DNA of 63,914 bases, filler included, from 7 parts of 7 records of this genome joined end to end with filler, not necessarily neighbours in it; one strand, 5' to 3'. Positions 51,050 through 63,054 are shown, counted from the first letter of the whole stretch. Translations and numbers: made by a program. Notes: generated from the letters alone by a model not told the origin.

Positions 51050-52483
51050 CTATTTTTCAACCTTATTGTAATATTCTCCGGCGCGTTGTTTAGTTTGTGA
51101 ATTAAAATACATGGATGTACAAGGCTTGTCATTTATCCAATGCTCTGTTCCACCCCAACTATAACGAATTTTCCTATAGTCGTTTGTTTCGTTTTTCCTT
51201 ATTATAATGTACCTATCCATTACTTGACGCTCTGCAGTGTATATCTCATGTGTAATGCCTTCCGGGTACATTTTTCTTAGTTCAACTTTATAAAGTTCAA
51301 GTTCAGCTTCATCTTTAAATTTTAATTCAGGTAAAACTTTTGTTGATTGAGCTTTAACAGCAACTGGTTTAACATCAGTTTTTGATTTACTTTCTTCAAT
51401 TTTTGCTAAAAACGCTGTAATATTTTTTACCCTTGTTTTGGAATAGCTATCATCAGGCTTGATTTTGAGTGCCGCTTCATACATTTCTTTAGCATTGAAA
51501 AAATCTTTTTTGTTGTATAGCTCATCAGCCTTTGAAATAGCTTGTGCAAAATTATTTTCCCTTTCGAGTTCTGCTTGTTTTTGTTGTTCTTGTAAAACAA
51601 GAATATTATCAATTTTTTGAATTTGAGTTTTGGGATATTGCTCTGGTTTTAGCGCTAATGCCATATTATAGGTGCTTTTAGCCCGCACATAATCTTTGGC
51701 ATTTAGCAATTTATCTGCTGTTGATACCAATTCATTATATTTTCTTTCATTCTCGGCTAAAGCCTGCTGTTGCTGTTGTTGTCTTTCTAATATCTGGTTT
51801 ATTTCGTTAATCTTACTGGTAGCTAAAGCATCGTTGGGTTTATATTTTAATGCTTGATTATACATGCTTCGCGCATTAAAATAATCTTTTGTTGCCAGGG
51901 CGCTGTTAGCTGTTCTAATTGTTTTTTGATATTCTTCTTCTCTGGTTTTTTCTAATGCCAATGCCCTTGCTTGCTCTTGTTCAATACCTGCAATTTCCTG
52001 TAACTTATTGTTTGGTAAAGTTTCCGATGGTTTCAATTTTAACGCTGCTTGATATTTTAATTTAGCTTCGTTATATTTTTTCTGACTCATTAATTGATTT
52101 CCTGCAAGAATTGCTTCCTGGTATTGCTGATTTACTTGTTGTTGAGCAGCTAGTTGCTGTTGTCTTTGTTCCAAGGATGCGATTTCTTTTAACTTCGACT
52201 GAGCCAAAGCATCATTTGGTTTTAATACCAATGCTTTTTGAAATTCTGTTTTGGCGGCATCATAATTACGTTGAGTCTTGAACTTCTCACCTGTTGAAAT
52301 TGCCATTCTATAATCAACTTCTTTTTGTTGTCTTGCCAGGTTTTGTTTTTGCTCTGCCTCTTGAATCTGATTAATCTTAATAATTTGAGTCTTTGGCAAT
52401 ACTTCATCTGGTTTTAATGCAATTGCCTTGTTATATTCATTCTTTGCTAAATCATATTTTTTTTGTTCCAAGAATAAATTACC
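51050..52483 (-). CDS. TPR-like/coiled-coil repeat protein, 5' truncated
   Basis: About five ~62-aa repeats of Y..AI..(A/G)...K.Y..AK..Y..AL..KP, then a distinct C-terminal domain. Confidence 0.8.
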   Translation of the reverse strand, partial: GNLFLEQKKYDLAKNEYNKAIALKPDEVLPKTQIIKINQIQEAEQKQNLARQQKEVDYRMAISTGEKFKTQRNYDAAKTEFQKALVLKPNDALAQSKLKEIASLEQRQQQLAAQQQVNQQYQEAILAGNQLMSQKKYNEAKLKYQAALKLKPSETLPNNKLQEIAGIEQEQARALALEKTREEEYQKTIRTANSALATKDYFNARSMYNQALKYKPNDALATSKINEINQILERQQQQQQALAENERKYNELVSTADKLLNAKDYVRAKSTYNMALALKPEQYPKTQIQKIDNILVLQEQQKQAELERENNFAQAISKADELYNKKDFFNAKEMYEAALKIKPDDSYSKTRVKNITAFLAKIEESKSKTDVKPVAVKAQSTKVLPELKFKDEAELELYKVELRKMYPEGITHEIYTAERQVMDRYIIIRKNETNDYRKIRYSWGGTEHWINDKPCTSMYFNSQTKQRAGEYYNKVEK

Positions 52484-52583
52484 NNNNNNNNNNNNNNNNN
52501 NNNNNNNNNNNNNNNNNNNNNNNNNNNTTAATTAATTAANNNNNNNNNNNNNNNNNNNNNNNNNNNNNNNNNNNNNNNNNNNN
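52484..52583. other. Artificial contig spacer
   Basis: N44-TTAATTAATTAA-N44. Confidence 0.98.
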
Positions 52584-53909
52584 GTTATACAAATAGGAAT
52601 AATAGTTATGCATTTTATTTGGTTCAGATCCATCAAAATATTTAATATCTGTAACGGGTATCCTTTCCCCAAAATCAGTTTTAAAGCAATCTACTCCCAT
52701 ATCTATTAAAGCTTCTAAATAGCTTTCATACCATTTACATGCATCAGGATTTGTAAAGTCTACTATTGCCATTCCTGGCTGCCATAGATCCCATTGCCAT
52801 GTGTTACCGTCATTAGTTTGTATAAAATATCCATTCTCTAGGCCTTCGTCATAAAGTGGTGATTTCTGTCCTATATACGGGTTTATCCATACACATATAT
52901 GAAGCCCCTTTTCTTTCAGTCTCTTTAACATGCCTTCCGGATCAGGAAAGACATCTTCGTCCCAAGTAAAATTGCACCACTCATATTCTTTCATCCAGAA
53001 ACAGTCAAAGTGGAATGTATGCAGAGGCAAATCTCTCTCCACCATGCCGTCAATAAAAGACATTACAGTCTTTTCATCATAATCAGTTGTAAATGAAGTT
53101 GTCAGCCATAATCCAAAGCTCCATGCAGGAGGCAGCGCCGGCTTACCTGTAAGCATAGTATATTTGCCCAATATATCTTTTGGAGTATTTCCTGGGAAAA
53201 TTATATACTCAAGCTCATTACCAGAAACCGAAAACTGTACTTTTGATACCTTTTCAGACCCAACTTCAAAGCTTACTTTACCAGTTTCATTTACTAATAA
53301 ACCATATCCCTTTGAGGAAATGTAAAATGGGATATTCTTATATGACTGTTCAGTACCTGTTCCTCCATCCTCATTCCAAATATCTATAGTTTGACCATTT
53401 CTTATAAAGTTAGTGAACCGTTCTCCCAGACCGTATATTTTTTCGTTTACCGATAGATTTAAATGTTCGCACATATATTTATCAGCTTCATTTAATTCCA
53501 TCATACCAAGACCTCTAAAACTTGTATGGGTTAGAAGCCTGTCTTTATAATAGTACTCTATTTTCCACTCTTTCTTATACACACGTACTGTTGTTCTATT
53601 TGCATTAATATCCAAATACTCATCTGTTTCTTTTGTTGTTAGAGGTAATTTTTTCTCATTAAGATGAAACTTTGGCATCTGTTCTTTTTTCTTAAAATGA
53701 ATCATCTTCATTTTAACTACATCTTCAGCAGGTGATGTAAAAGCAAGTGTAAACAATGGTCCTGTTAATGTATCGCCACGATGTCTTACTGTTTGAAAAG
53801 GTGCATATATCACTACCTTATCTTGTGTAATATCTTTGCTTCGCATCTCTGATGCATAATATGCTTTTACTCCTTTTATCATTAGCCATGCTCCGTTGCT
53901 GAACTTCAT
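52584..53909 (-). CDS. yicI: GH31 alpha-xylosidase, 3' truncated
   Basis: 'MKFSNGAW', 'WSFGLWLTTSFTTDYDE', 'HFDCFWMK', nucleophile motif 'FKTDFGERIP'. Confidence 0.93.
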
Positions 53910-54187
53910 CTTGTCCTCCTTAAATCAATATCAAAATATATTTAGTCTATTTTATTTTACTTTAACAATATTCTTATAAAAACATTAAAAATTTCATAGT
54001 TATACTATAAAAAATCTAGAAAAATTATTATCATTAAGTTTATTTACAAAGGTATCATTTAATTCAAAATATTTGTATAATTATTAGGTAATATGACGAT
54101 AAACAAGGTATTCTTTTGGAAACTATAGCAACAAAAAGATGCAATATTTGAAAAAAAGATGTAAAATGTAAAAAGAAGGAGAATTGC

Positions 54188-55930
54188 ATGCTCAAACGTC
54201 AGTTATACCTTATCTATATTCTTTCATTATTTCTGCCTATATGTATCATAGGTTCATTTCTAATGTGGAATAATTATTCAATGCTATATGAGCATCATGA
54301 GGACATGTTAAGATCAGATAACTTAAGAATACGTTCGATTTTTTTTGAAGTTACTACATCTATGATAAATGTTTGTGATACCATAACAGAAGATTCTGAA
54401 ATTCATAAACTTTTAAAGGAGGAATATACTTCTTGGGATGAAGCTCAAACCACCATGCGTAAGCTTACTCTACTACAGCAAATTTATGCAAGGCAAACGG
54501 AAATCTCAACCATAAATATATATACCAATAATAAAACTTTGCATTCCTATGGACATTTCAACGTAATTGATGAAACAAATGAATCTTGGTTTTACGATGC
54601 TATAAAAACCCCTGGCTATCACTGGTCTACACTTAATTCTACTAACAGATTTGAAGTATCTTATGAAGAATTACAGCTTATCAACCCTATAAATATACAA
54701 AATAGCAAGTATGATGCAGTACTAGTCATTACAATAAGTAATAACTATCTTAAAAATCGTATCGATAATAACGATTTAACTGTAGATGCTACTGTTAACC
54801 ACGATCCTATATTCTTTAGCACGTGGGGAAACTCCAATAAAGTTATCAATTTCATGTCATATCACGATAAAGATTTTTTTCAATATTCGGGTGTTAGTAC
54901 ATATATGGACGAAAAAAGCCTATTGGAGATATCGACTATTCAGCCTATAAAATCTGAAGACAGCATTTATATATTTTCAAGGGATCCACTGGCTATAAGT
55001 AAAATAAGCTCACTGCAATACTTAGCTCTGTTGATTATAAGTATAAGTATTATAATTCCAGGCTTTATAATAATAAGGTTCACAATACAGCTTACTAACC
55101 GAGTTAACACTCTAAGAACCGAAATGCATCGAGTAACTGGCGGTGATTATAATATTTTAGAAAACTTTAAAGGAAATGACGAGCTAGTTGATTTGTTTAA
55201 AGACTTACATATTATGATTCATTCCATTAAAGAACGTGATAAAACCATATTCGACAGTAAAATGAAAGAACAACAGCTAATTCATCATCAAAAAGAAGTG
55301 GAACTAGAGCTTTTATCAAGCAAAATAAATCCTCATTTTTTGTACAACACTTTGGAAACTATCAGAATGAAGGCCTTCAACTCCGATAATCTGGACGTTG
55401 CACAAGCAGTTAAGCTTCTTGGAAGATATATGCGTTACAACTTAGAATCTACTGGTGAATTAACAACTCTTAAGTCAGAAATTGAATATATCTACATATA
55501 TTTAAGTATACAAAAACTTCGTTTCTCTAATCGTATTGATTTTATTATGGATATTGATAATACTATTGATTTAGATAGAATCAAAGTACTGCCTTTGCTA
55601 ATTCAGCCTATAGTTGAAAATGCATTGATTCATGGTCATGAAGAAACTATAAAAGATGGTCTAATATCTATACGGTGTATAGATAATGAAACCTATATCA
55701 GACTTGAAGTCGAAGATAATGGTACAGGAATTAGTAAAAAGGAACTAAAAATAATTAAAGAACAAATCATTAACACAGCCAAAGGAGTCAAAACAAGTTT
55801 CGGGCTATACAATATTCAACAGCGTCTTATATTGTTTTATGGTGACAGCTGCCAACTGGATATCCAATCCCAACTGGGTAAGGGCACGTGTATAGGCTTT
55901 AATATATCTAAAAATCTTAGGGAGGAATAG
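54188..55930 (+). CDS. YesM-type sensor histidine kinase
   Basis: Two TM segments, HAMP, 'KINPHFLYNTLE', 'QPIVENALIHG', 'DNGTG'. Confidence 0.93.
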   Translation: MLKRQLYLIYILSLFLPICIIGSFLMWNNYSMLYEHHEDMLRSDNLRIRSIFFEVTTSMINVCDTITEDSEIHKLLKEEYTSWDEAQTTMRKLTLLQQIYARQTEISTINIYTNNKTLHSYGHFNVIDETNESWFYDAIKTPGYHWSTLNSTNRFEVSYEELQLINPINIQNSKYDAVLVITISNNYLKNRIDNNDLTVDATVNHDPIFFSTWGNSNKVINFMSYHDKDFFQYSGVSTYMDEKSLLEISTIQPIKSEDSIYIFSRDPLAISKISSLQYLALLIISISIIIPGFIIIRFTIQLTNRVNTLRTEMHRVTGGDYNILENFKGNDELVDLFKDLHIMIHSIKERDKTIFDSKMKEQQLIHHQKEVELELLSSKINPHFLYNTLETIRMKAFNSDNLDVAQAVKLLGRYMRYNLESTGELTTLKSEIEYIYIYLSIQKLRFSNRIDFIMDIDNTIDLDRIKVLPLLIQPIVENALIHGHEETIKDGLISIRCIDNETYIRLEVEDNGTGISKKELKIIKEQIINTAKGVKTSFGLYNIQQRLILFYGDSCQLDIQSQLGKGTCIGFNISKNLREE

Positions 55931-55932
55931 TA

Positions 55933-57474
55933 ATGCTAAAGGTTTACATAGCTGATGATGAAGAAGTGGTTCGTCAAGGTTTAAAAAAGATTATAGATTG
56001 GAAGGAACTGGACTTTGAAATTTGCGGTGAGGCAGGCGATGGACTAACTGCATACAATGAAATAAAAGAATTAAAACCAGATTTAATTCTGATAGATATT
56101 CGTATGCCCAAATTACAGGGGTTGGGTATGGCTAGCAAGCTTAGAAATGATGGATATGGTGGTCAGATAATTGTATTAAGCGGCTACTCCGAGTTTAAAT
56201 ATGCTCAGGAAGCAATACGCTGTGATGTAGATTATTATCTAACAAAACCAATTGAAGAGGAAGAATTGCTTTCCTCAGTTACAAATATTAAGAACATGAT
56301 TCAGAGAAAACGAATCCACTCAAAGCATCTTAATTACTATCAAGAAAAAGCAATAGACAAAATACTAGAAGATATTATAAAAGGCGAAAGCAATAATCTC
56401 GACACTGCCAATTATACATTAGATGATTTAGACTTAGAAGCATCCCAATATAAGGTTGTAATACTTCAATCATATAAAAAAGATGCAGATTCATATTTGG
56501 CATTATGTGAAGCATTAAAAGTGCCATACACAACAAACTCAATGAAGAAGCTTACTATAGATAAGTATTTAATAGTGCTATTAAAAGGCGATTTTATAAT
56601 TAAAAGGTTTCATTCTTATAAGGAAAGTCACAAAAAACTAGAGAGCAGTTCTTTCTTCATTGCAGAAGGCTTAACAGTTAATAAACTCAATGATATAAAA
56701 CATTCATATTACGAAGCTTTGCAATTATTTGAACATCAGTTTTTCTACGAAGCGAAAGAACATATAGTAGAAAAATCAAATCTTCCTGATGCACAGAATC
56801 TAACATATTTTTTTACTGCACAAAGTTCTAAAGAATTAGGTCAGCAACTGTATGACTTAATAGTAATTTTTAAAAAAGGCGAATGTGAAACATTTATTAG
56901 ACATTTAAAAGACAACATAATACACTCAAAAAACAATGCAGAATCTATTAAAAGCGTTTTAGCAGGCATGTATATATTTATCATTCAAGAATTTAAAAGA
57001 TCTTATGCAAACTACAAACCTGAGTTTATGACAACCGCTGAAATTATCCAACAATTTCACAGCTATTCACATTTACAGGATATACTTGACTTTATAAATA
57101 TAGAATCTCATAGATTAATACAGATTATCGGTGGATACAGCAGTGAAAGTATTGTAGATGAAATTGTAGAATTTATGAAATATCATTATGATGAAGATAT
57201 AAAACTCAAGATCTTAGCACCTAAGTTTGGGTATAACAGCTCATATCTAGGCAAGATCTTCAACAAGAAATTAGGTATTGGGTTTAATGATTATTTACAT
57301 AAAATTAGGACAAATCATGCTAAACAATTGCTTCTTAACGAAAAATATAAAGTATACGAAATATCTTCTTTGGTTGGATATAAAAATGTAGACTACTTTC
57401 ATTTGAAATTTAAGCAATTTGAAGGCTGCACTCCTAATGAATACAGATCAGCTCACCACATTACTGTTGAATAG
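55933..57474 (+). CDS. YesN-type response regulator (receiver + AraC)
   Basis: 'IADDEE', 'DIRMP', 'YLTKP', C-terminal AraC HTH. Confidence 0.94.
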   Translation: MLKVYIADDEEVVRQGLKKIIDWKELDFEICGEAGDGLTAYNEIKELKPDLILIDIRMPKLQGLGMASKLRNDGYGGQIIVLSGYSEFKYAQEAIRCDVDYYLTKPIEEEELLSSVTNIKNMIQRKRIHSKHLNYYQEKAIDKILEDIIKGESNNLDTANYTLDDLDLEASQYKVVILQSYKKDADSYLALCEALKVPYTTNSMKKLTIDKYLIVLLKGDFIIKRFHSYKESHKKLESSSFFIAEGLTVNKLNDIKHSYYEALQLFEHQFFYEAKEHIVEKSNLPDAQNLTYFFTAQSSKELGQQLYDLIVIFKKGECETFIRHLKDNIIHSKNNAESIKSVLAGMYIFIIQEFKRSYANYKPEFMTTAEIIQQFHSYSHLQDILDFINIESHRLIQIIGGYSSESIVDEIVEFMKYHYDEDIKLKILAPKFGYNSSYLGKIFNKKLGIGFNDYLHKIRTNHAKQLLLNEKYKVYEISSLVGYKNVDYFHLKFKQFEGCTPNEYRSAHHITVE

Positions 57475-57480
57475 CCTATA

Positions 57481-57520
57481 AAAAAGAGACAGTGTAGTTT
57501 ACTAAGCTGCTGTCTCTTTT
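57481..57520. terminator. Bidirectional terminator between convergent genes
   Basis: AAAAGAGACAG/CTGTCTCTTTT stem with A/T flanks. Confidence 0.75.
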
Positions 57521-57591
57521 ATTAATTTTATAAAATCAAATTTTAAGGATAAGATGATATAATAATAATATATTATGTTTTATTATCAGTT

Positions 57592-58161
57592 TCAATCTTT
57601 AGCTTCATTTCTAGCCTTATCCCTAGCTGCATTTTGATCGGCAGTTAACGCAAGGTCATATGCCAATACTTCTTCATAACCAAGTTCTATAACCGTATCT
57701 TGCATTTCTTTCAGCAATGCTTCAAATTCTGCTTCATCATCAGCAAAACCATCTTCCATGAATTTCCCACAATAATAGTTTTGCATTGTGCTCTTAACGT
57801 GCTAATTTCTGATGGTTCTGCTGGAGCTATATAGTCCGTACCTGGTTCAACCAATAATTGGTTGTTTTCAGTCAAGTATTCAAATGTCGATTGAGTCCCC
57901 ATAGCTTCCTGCCATGATTCGTGAACTGGGGTTGCTTTAAATTCTATATACGAATACCATAATCTAAAGTCGTAGGCGAATCCCGTTTCTGGGTTAATAT
58001 CTTTTGAAAGCACAGTTTGAAAGTTCAGCTGACTTACACCATCACTCCAGCTTCCGCCACCCCATTCTTCAGGAACTTCAGCACCTCCTTCAAGCATAGC
58101 CTGTATACCAAACTCTGTTAATTGCGGTTCTCCGTCTACCATTTCCCAAGTTAATCCTTCG
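57592..58161 (-). CDS. Carbohydrate ABC transporter solute-binding protein, C-terminal fragment (one homopolymer frameshift)
   Basis: 'EGLTWEMVDGEP'; one extra T at 57745-57748 gives SWKMVFADDEAEFEALLKEMQ, an LplA-like C-terminus. Confidence 0.75.
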
Positions 58162-58261
58162 NNNNNNNNNNNNNNNNNNNNNNNNNNNNNNNNNNNNNNN
58201 NNNNNTTAATTAATTAANNNNNNNNNNNNNNNNNNNNNNNNNNNNNNNNNNNNNNNNNNNN
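58162..58261. other. Artificial contig spacer
   Basis: N44-TTAATTAATTAA-N44. Confidence 0.98.
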
Positions 58262-59355
58262 CGAGCCTGTCCCAAAGCTATCGGCGGGGTGTTCAGAACC
58301 CGCATATCGATGTGTTTCAAATGAAATTCCGTCTCAACCACTTCGCCGCGAATTAAATAAGTGGTTAATTTGGCCAGGATACCGACAAGAGGAAGAAAAA
58401 TAAGGGTGTTGATGATATTGAACAAGGTGTGAGTATTGGCAATATGGCGGGCAATAAAAGGCTTGTCGCCAAGGCTGACCCCAAAAAGAGCTGCTTGTTG
58501 TTGCGTCTGTGCGATAAAGTCCGCTTCGCCAGGTGTAATTGAGTTGATTATGTTAAGAAAAAACGGGAACAGAAGAAGCATGTACCCAACACCGATGGAG
58601 TTGAAAAGGAAATGGGACAAAGCTGTTCTCTTGGCACTCAGATTGGTTCCGATGGCTGCGAGATTTGCAGTGATGGTAGTGCCTATATTTTCCCCGAGTA
58701 TCAGGGCGACACTCCCTTCAAAGGAGATGAGGCCATTAGCTGCAAGTGCCAGGGTAATACCAATGGTGGCGCTGCTGCTTTGAAGGATGACCGTCAGGAT
58801 TGCACCTATAAGAACTCCAAAGAGATGATTGCTGCCAATACCCATGAAAAGGGTTCTGAATGCTTCACTCTCTTTTATCGGGCCCATGGCATCTTTCATG
58901 ATGGCAAGGCCGAAAAAGAGGATACCGAAACCAAGAATGACCTCGCCGATGTAAGACCATCGACGGCTGCGGGAGAAAAGCTTGAGCCCAACGCCAAGCC
59001 CAATGGCAGGTAGAGCATAATGGGTTATTTTAAAAGCGATAAGCTGAGCGGTAATGGTGGTACCGATATTAGCGCCGAGCACAACGCCGATCGACTGGAC
59101 CAAAGTCAAAAGTCCGGCATTGACAAATCCGACAACCATGACGGTTGTGGCGCTGGAGGATTGAATGATGGCAGTCACCGACATCCCAACCAGCATACCA
59201 ACTACCCGGTTGCAGGTAAGGGCCGCGAGAATCTTGCGAATTCGATCCCCGGCGACTTTCTGGAGCCCTTCGGACATGATCTTCATGCCGAAAAGAAATA
59301 ACCCCAGGCCACCAATTACTCCGAATAAGACTGCTTGGTTGAAAAGGGAGGACAT
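58262..59355 (-). CDS. Na+/phosphate cotransporter (NptA/YjbB family), 3' truncated
   Basis: Two 'QSSSAT' repeats, each followed by 'G(A/E)NIGTTITA'. Confidence 0.93.
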
Positions 59356-59534
59356 GGCAGTAAAAATGACTTTTTCTAAAGACAACAATGTACGAGAATT
59401 TTAAACGTTTGGAATATAACTGATGAAAGAGCCTTTTACAATCCTAAAGACAAAATAACAAAAAACAATAGCATTGACAGCGGGAAAGTTTATTAGGGAA
59501 TAATGGGAAAGGACAGTAATAACAGGAGGATGGA

Positions 59535-60020
59535 TCAGGTTTCAGAGAGAGCACCTTTACCAAGACACCATTTTAAAAGCTTCTGATAGTCTGATTGGCT
59601 CTCTTTAACCCGGAGGGAGAATAATTTAATAATATTCCGACTTATTTTGAGTGCCAGAACAGGTTGTTCTTCACAAAGCTGCTCAAAATCATTTCTATGA
59701 AGGCAGAGCAGTTCAGCATCTTCGGCTACAAAGGCTGAAACAGATCGAGACTCTCCGTCAAAAATTGCCAACTCTCCGAAGATATCATCGACACCGAGAA
59801 CAACCACTGTTTTTTCACGGCCACTGATCAGCATGCGGGATATTTTCACCGCCCCTTTTTTAACGATGTAAAGGGACTCGCCAGGCATGTTTTCCAGAAA
59901 GATAACGTTTCCTTCAGGGATGTTTTTGGAAGTCAGAAGAGACGCAAGGCTTTCTCTTTCATCTTTTGTCAAGCCTTGGAAAAGAAAGCTGTCATCAAGA
60001 ATTTTAGCGGTCTGATTCAT
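59535..60020 (-). CDS. Stand-alone cyclic nucleotide-binding domain protein
   Basis: 'LYIVKKGAVKI', 'FGELAIFDGESRS'; no C-terminal HTH. Confidence 0.85.
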   Translation of the reverse strand: MNQTAKILDDSFLFQGLTKDERESLASLLTSKNIPEGNVIFLENMPGESLYIVKKGAVKISRMLISGREKTVVVLGVDDIFGELAIFDGESRSVSAFVAEDAELLCLHRNDFEQLCEEQPVLALKISRNIIKLFSLRVKESQSDYQKLLKWCLGKGALSET

Positions 60021-60184
60021 ATCCGATAAAAACATTCAAAAAATGCGCCGGGTTCAACAAAACCGACGCATGATTTTCGGCTGAAAAGAGCTTAAAACCA
60101 ACAGGGGCACCCAGGAAGATGGTCACTACTGGTAGTATAAACTCGAAGGACTTAATAACGGTGAAAGGAAGGAGTTTTCGGATT

Positions 60185-60466
60185 TTATTCCGAATTGTCA
60201 ACCATTTCTCGCAGTTCTTTCCCAACCTTGAAAAATGGGAGTTTCTTGGCTTTGACATCAATCAGCTCACCCGTTTTGGGATTACGTCCCGTATAGGGTT
60301 TGTATTCCTTGACGACAAAACTGCCAAAACCACGAATTTCGATGCGGTCGCCATGGGTGAGCGTTTCGGCCATGGAGTCAAAGATTAGATTGACAATACC
60401 TTCGGAATTTTTGTAGGTCAGACCTTTTACATTGGATAGCGCCTCAACCAGTTCGGATTTGTTCAT
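60185..60466 (-). CDS. ihfB: Integration host factor beta subunit
   Basis: 'MNKSEL', 'RIEIRGFGSF', 'GRNPKTGE', 'PFFKVGKELRE'. Confidence 0.9.
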   Translation of the reverse strand: MNKSELVEALSNVKGLTYKNSEGIVNLIFDSMAETLTHGDRIEIRGFGSFVVKEYKPYTGRNPKTGELIDVKAKKLPFFKVGKELREMVDNSE

Positions 60467-60714
60467 AAAGCATCTCCCGCACCATTCAGATTCATTTGCT
60501 CAGTCCGGGTGAACCGATCAGATGGACTCTCCAACGGTCATCCGGCTTACCAATATCCAGAGTCTGTCTATAACAGATTACAAGGTTATACTGGCTGTTT
60601 AGAATGTCAATAGCAAGATTAATTTTTTTATAATTCCTGATATTTACCAGAGGAAATGCCGGACATCGCGGTTCAGGTTTACAACGTCTCTTAACTGTAA
60701 TAAAATCCGGGAGC

Positions 60715-61903
60715 ATGATCAAGCTTCGAGTTCAAAAATATATATTTCGTGAAATCACCATCCCCATGGGATTAGGCGTTTTTATTCTTTCCTTTATCCT
60801 TCTCATGGGCAACCTTCTTAAGCTCACAGACCTGGTCATCAACAAAGGCATTCCTTTCAAGGAGATTGCTCTCCTTTTTTTACATTTTCCCCTCTTTTCT
60901 GGATATCAATCTTTCCATGGCTTTTCTTCTCGGCATCATGATCGGTTTCGGCCGCCTTAGTGCAGATAGTGAAATTATTGCTCTGAAAGCTTCAGGTGTA
61001 AGCATTGGAACCATGTTTAAGCCGGTTATCCTCCTCTGCATTATCGTCACCCTCGGAATAAGCTGGGTTCTTTTTTACGCCAAGCCCGTAAGCAGGGTCA
61101 ATTTCCGTGAGCATGTCTTCAATATTGTCAACAGCCGCCTGGCCACGGGGCTTCAGCCAAAGGTTTTTTACCACGATTTCGAAGGTGTCGTCATCTATGC
61201 TGAAAATGTTAACCCACGCTCAGGAAGACTGGAACACATTTTTCTTCACGACTATCGTGAACCAGCATCAAAATCAACAATATTTGCACAGCAAGGCAAC
61301 CTATCATCGAACTCAAAAACTCTGGCATTTTCAATAAATCTGGGCAACGGAACTATTTTAAACCAGCCGGCACGAGTCAATGAACCCTCTTTCCAGATCC
61401 TTCGCTTTGACGCATACGACATCAACCTGCACTTTGAAGACAAGGAGGAGGATGCCAAGGGCTCCAAACTGAAACCGAAAGCCCTGACGTTTCCAGGGAT
61501 TCAAAAAGCGCTCGCAGCCAACCCATCAGAAAACGACCGGCATCTGTTGAAAATAGAATGGCATAAACGTCTGGCCCTGACTCTGGCGCCTTTTCTTTTT
61601 GCCATGCTTGGGGTTCCACTGGGAATACATTCCCCCCGCTCCGGAAAAATCGGAGGGTTTGCTGTTGCGCTCCTGACATTTCTGACCTACTTTGTTCTCT
61701 CCTCGTTTACCGAAACCATCTGCAAGGATGCTGACATCACCTTTTATGGTTTAATCTGGGTTCCGGACCTATTGTTTTTCATCGCCGGAAGTTTCCTGAT
61801 TTATTGCGCTTCCAGGGAAAAGAACACCCTCTTTTTTCTGCCGAAAATCAACATGGCCCGCCTGACATCAAACATTCCAAGCACTCGGCGAGGGGGCAAA
61901 TGA
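60715..61903 (+). CDS. lptF: LPS export permease LptF (frameshift at T7, 60875-60881)
   Basis: 'YIFREI', 'GRLSADSEIIALKASG', 'EWHKRLA'; ATGA overlap with lptG. Confidence 0.88.
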
Positions 61904-62981
61904 CGATTCTAAACCGCATGGTCCTTTCCCTTTTTGTCAGATTTTCCGGTCTTGCCCTGGCATCCTTCAGCACCATCTATCTTTTGATCGAATTTTTCGA
62001 AAAAGTGGACGATTTCCTGGAGCACAATGCAGCACTCCAGCTGTACTTCATGTATTTTCTCAATAAATTACCTGTCATCATTTCCCAATTGATCCCCCTG
62101 GCGATTCTCATGGGGGCCTTCATGACCCTGGCGAGCCTTTCACGCCACGGAGAATTAACCGCCATTTTTTCCAGCGGCGTCAGCCTCTTTGGGGTAACCC
62201 TGCCTATTCTTTCCATGGCTTTACTGATATCCGTGGGGACCCTGGCCTTTAATGAGTTTCTTTTGCCGATACATGTCCAGCAAACAAACGATATATTTCG
62301 CCGCCAGGTTCGGGGTAAAGACGATTTAAGCCTTAAACTCGGACAGGTGTGGTTCAAGGAGGGGAATACGATAGTCAACATCCACCTTGCCAATCCGCGG
62401 GAAAAATCTCTTCAAGGGGTTTTTGTGTTTAAAATGAATAAGCATTTTCAGATCGTTTCCAACCTGGAAGCCGACCGTGCTGTTTTTTCCGAGGGCAGCT
62501 GGATTGGGAACAGGGTTCAAATTCGACGGTTTGACCCTGAAACCAGTGCACTTCTAAGTTCAATAATATTGCTTGATCAGGATCTTGGTTTTCATAAAAA
62601 CCCCGAAGAGTTTCAGGATGTAACTGCCAAAAGGGAAGAGATGAACTTCCGGAAGCTCTGGCAATTGTCACGAAAGCTCAAACAAGATGGTTACGATGCG
62701 ACCAGTTATGAGGTTGACATGCATACCCGTCTTTCAGCGCCATTTGCCTGCTTCATAACGGCATTTCTAGGGATACCTTTTGCCTTGCGTGGAAGCCGAC
62801 GTTCAGGCCTGCCTATGGGAGTGGCTGTTTCAGTCAGTATCGGTATGGCCTATTATTTTATCAACGCCATTCTCACCGCTTTCGGTTACTCATCCGTTTT
62901 ACCGCCGCCGGTAGCCGCCTGGGCCGCTAATCTTCTTTTTTTCTGCTCGGACTTTACCTTCTTCTTTCCCTCCGAAAATAA
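61900..62981 (+). CDS. lptG: LPS export permease LptG (frameshift at T7, 62936-62942)
   Basis: 'LSRHGELTA..SSG', 'LSAPF', 'PPVAAW.AN'; corrected end NLLFFLLGLYLLLSLRK*. Confidence 0.88.
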
Positions 62982-63054
62982 TCGGCGTACTGCTACTTTC
63001 TGTTGTGGTTTCCGCGGGTTGTGGTTTAATGTTTGAAAACATGAGGGAAAATAT

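Noticed and set aside
58436..59404. Several plus-strand ORFs opposite the Na/Pi symporter
   Set aside because: Antisense shadows in GC-richer sequence, with no motifs
60715..62981. lptF/lptG pseudogenes or phase variation
   Set aside because: Normally essential genes; the shifts sit in T7 runs and match the error pattern across three unrelated contigs
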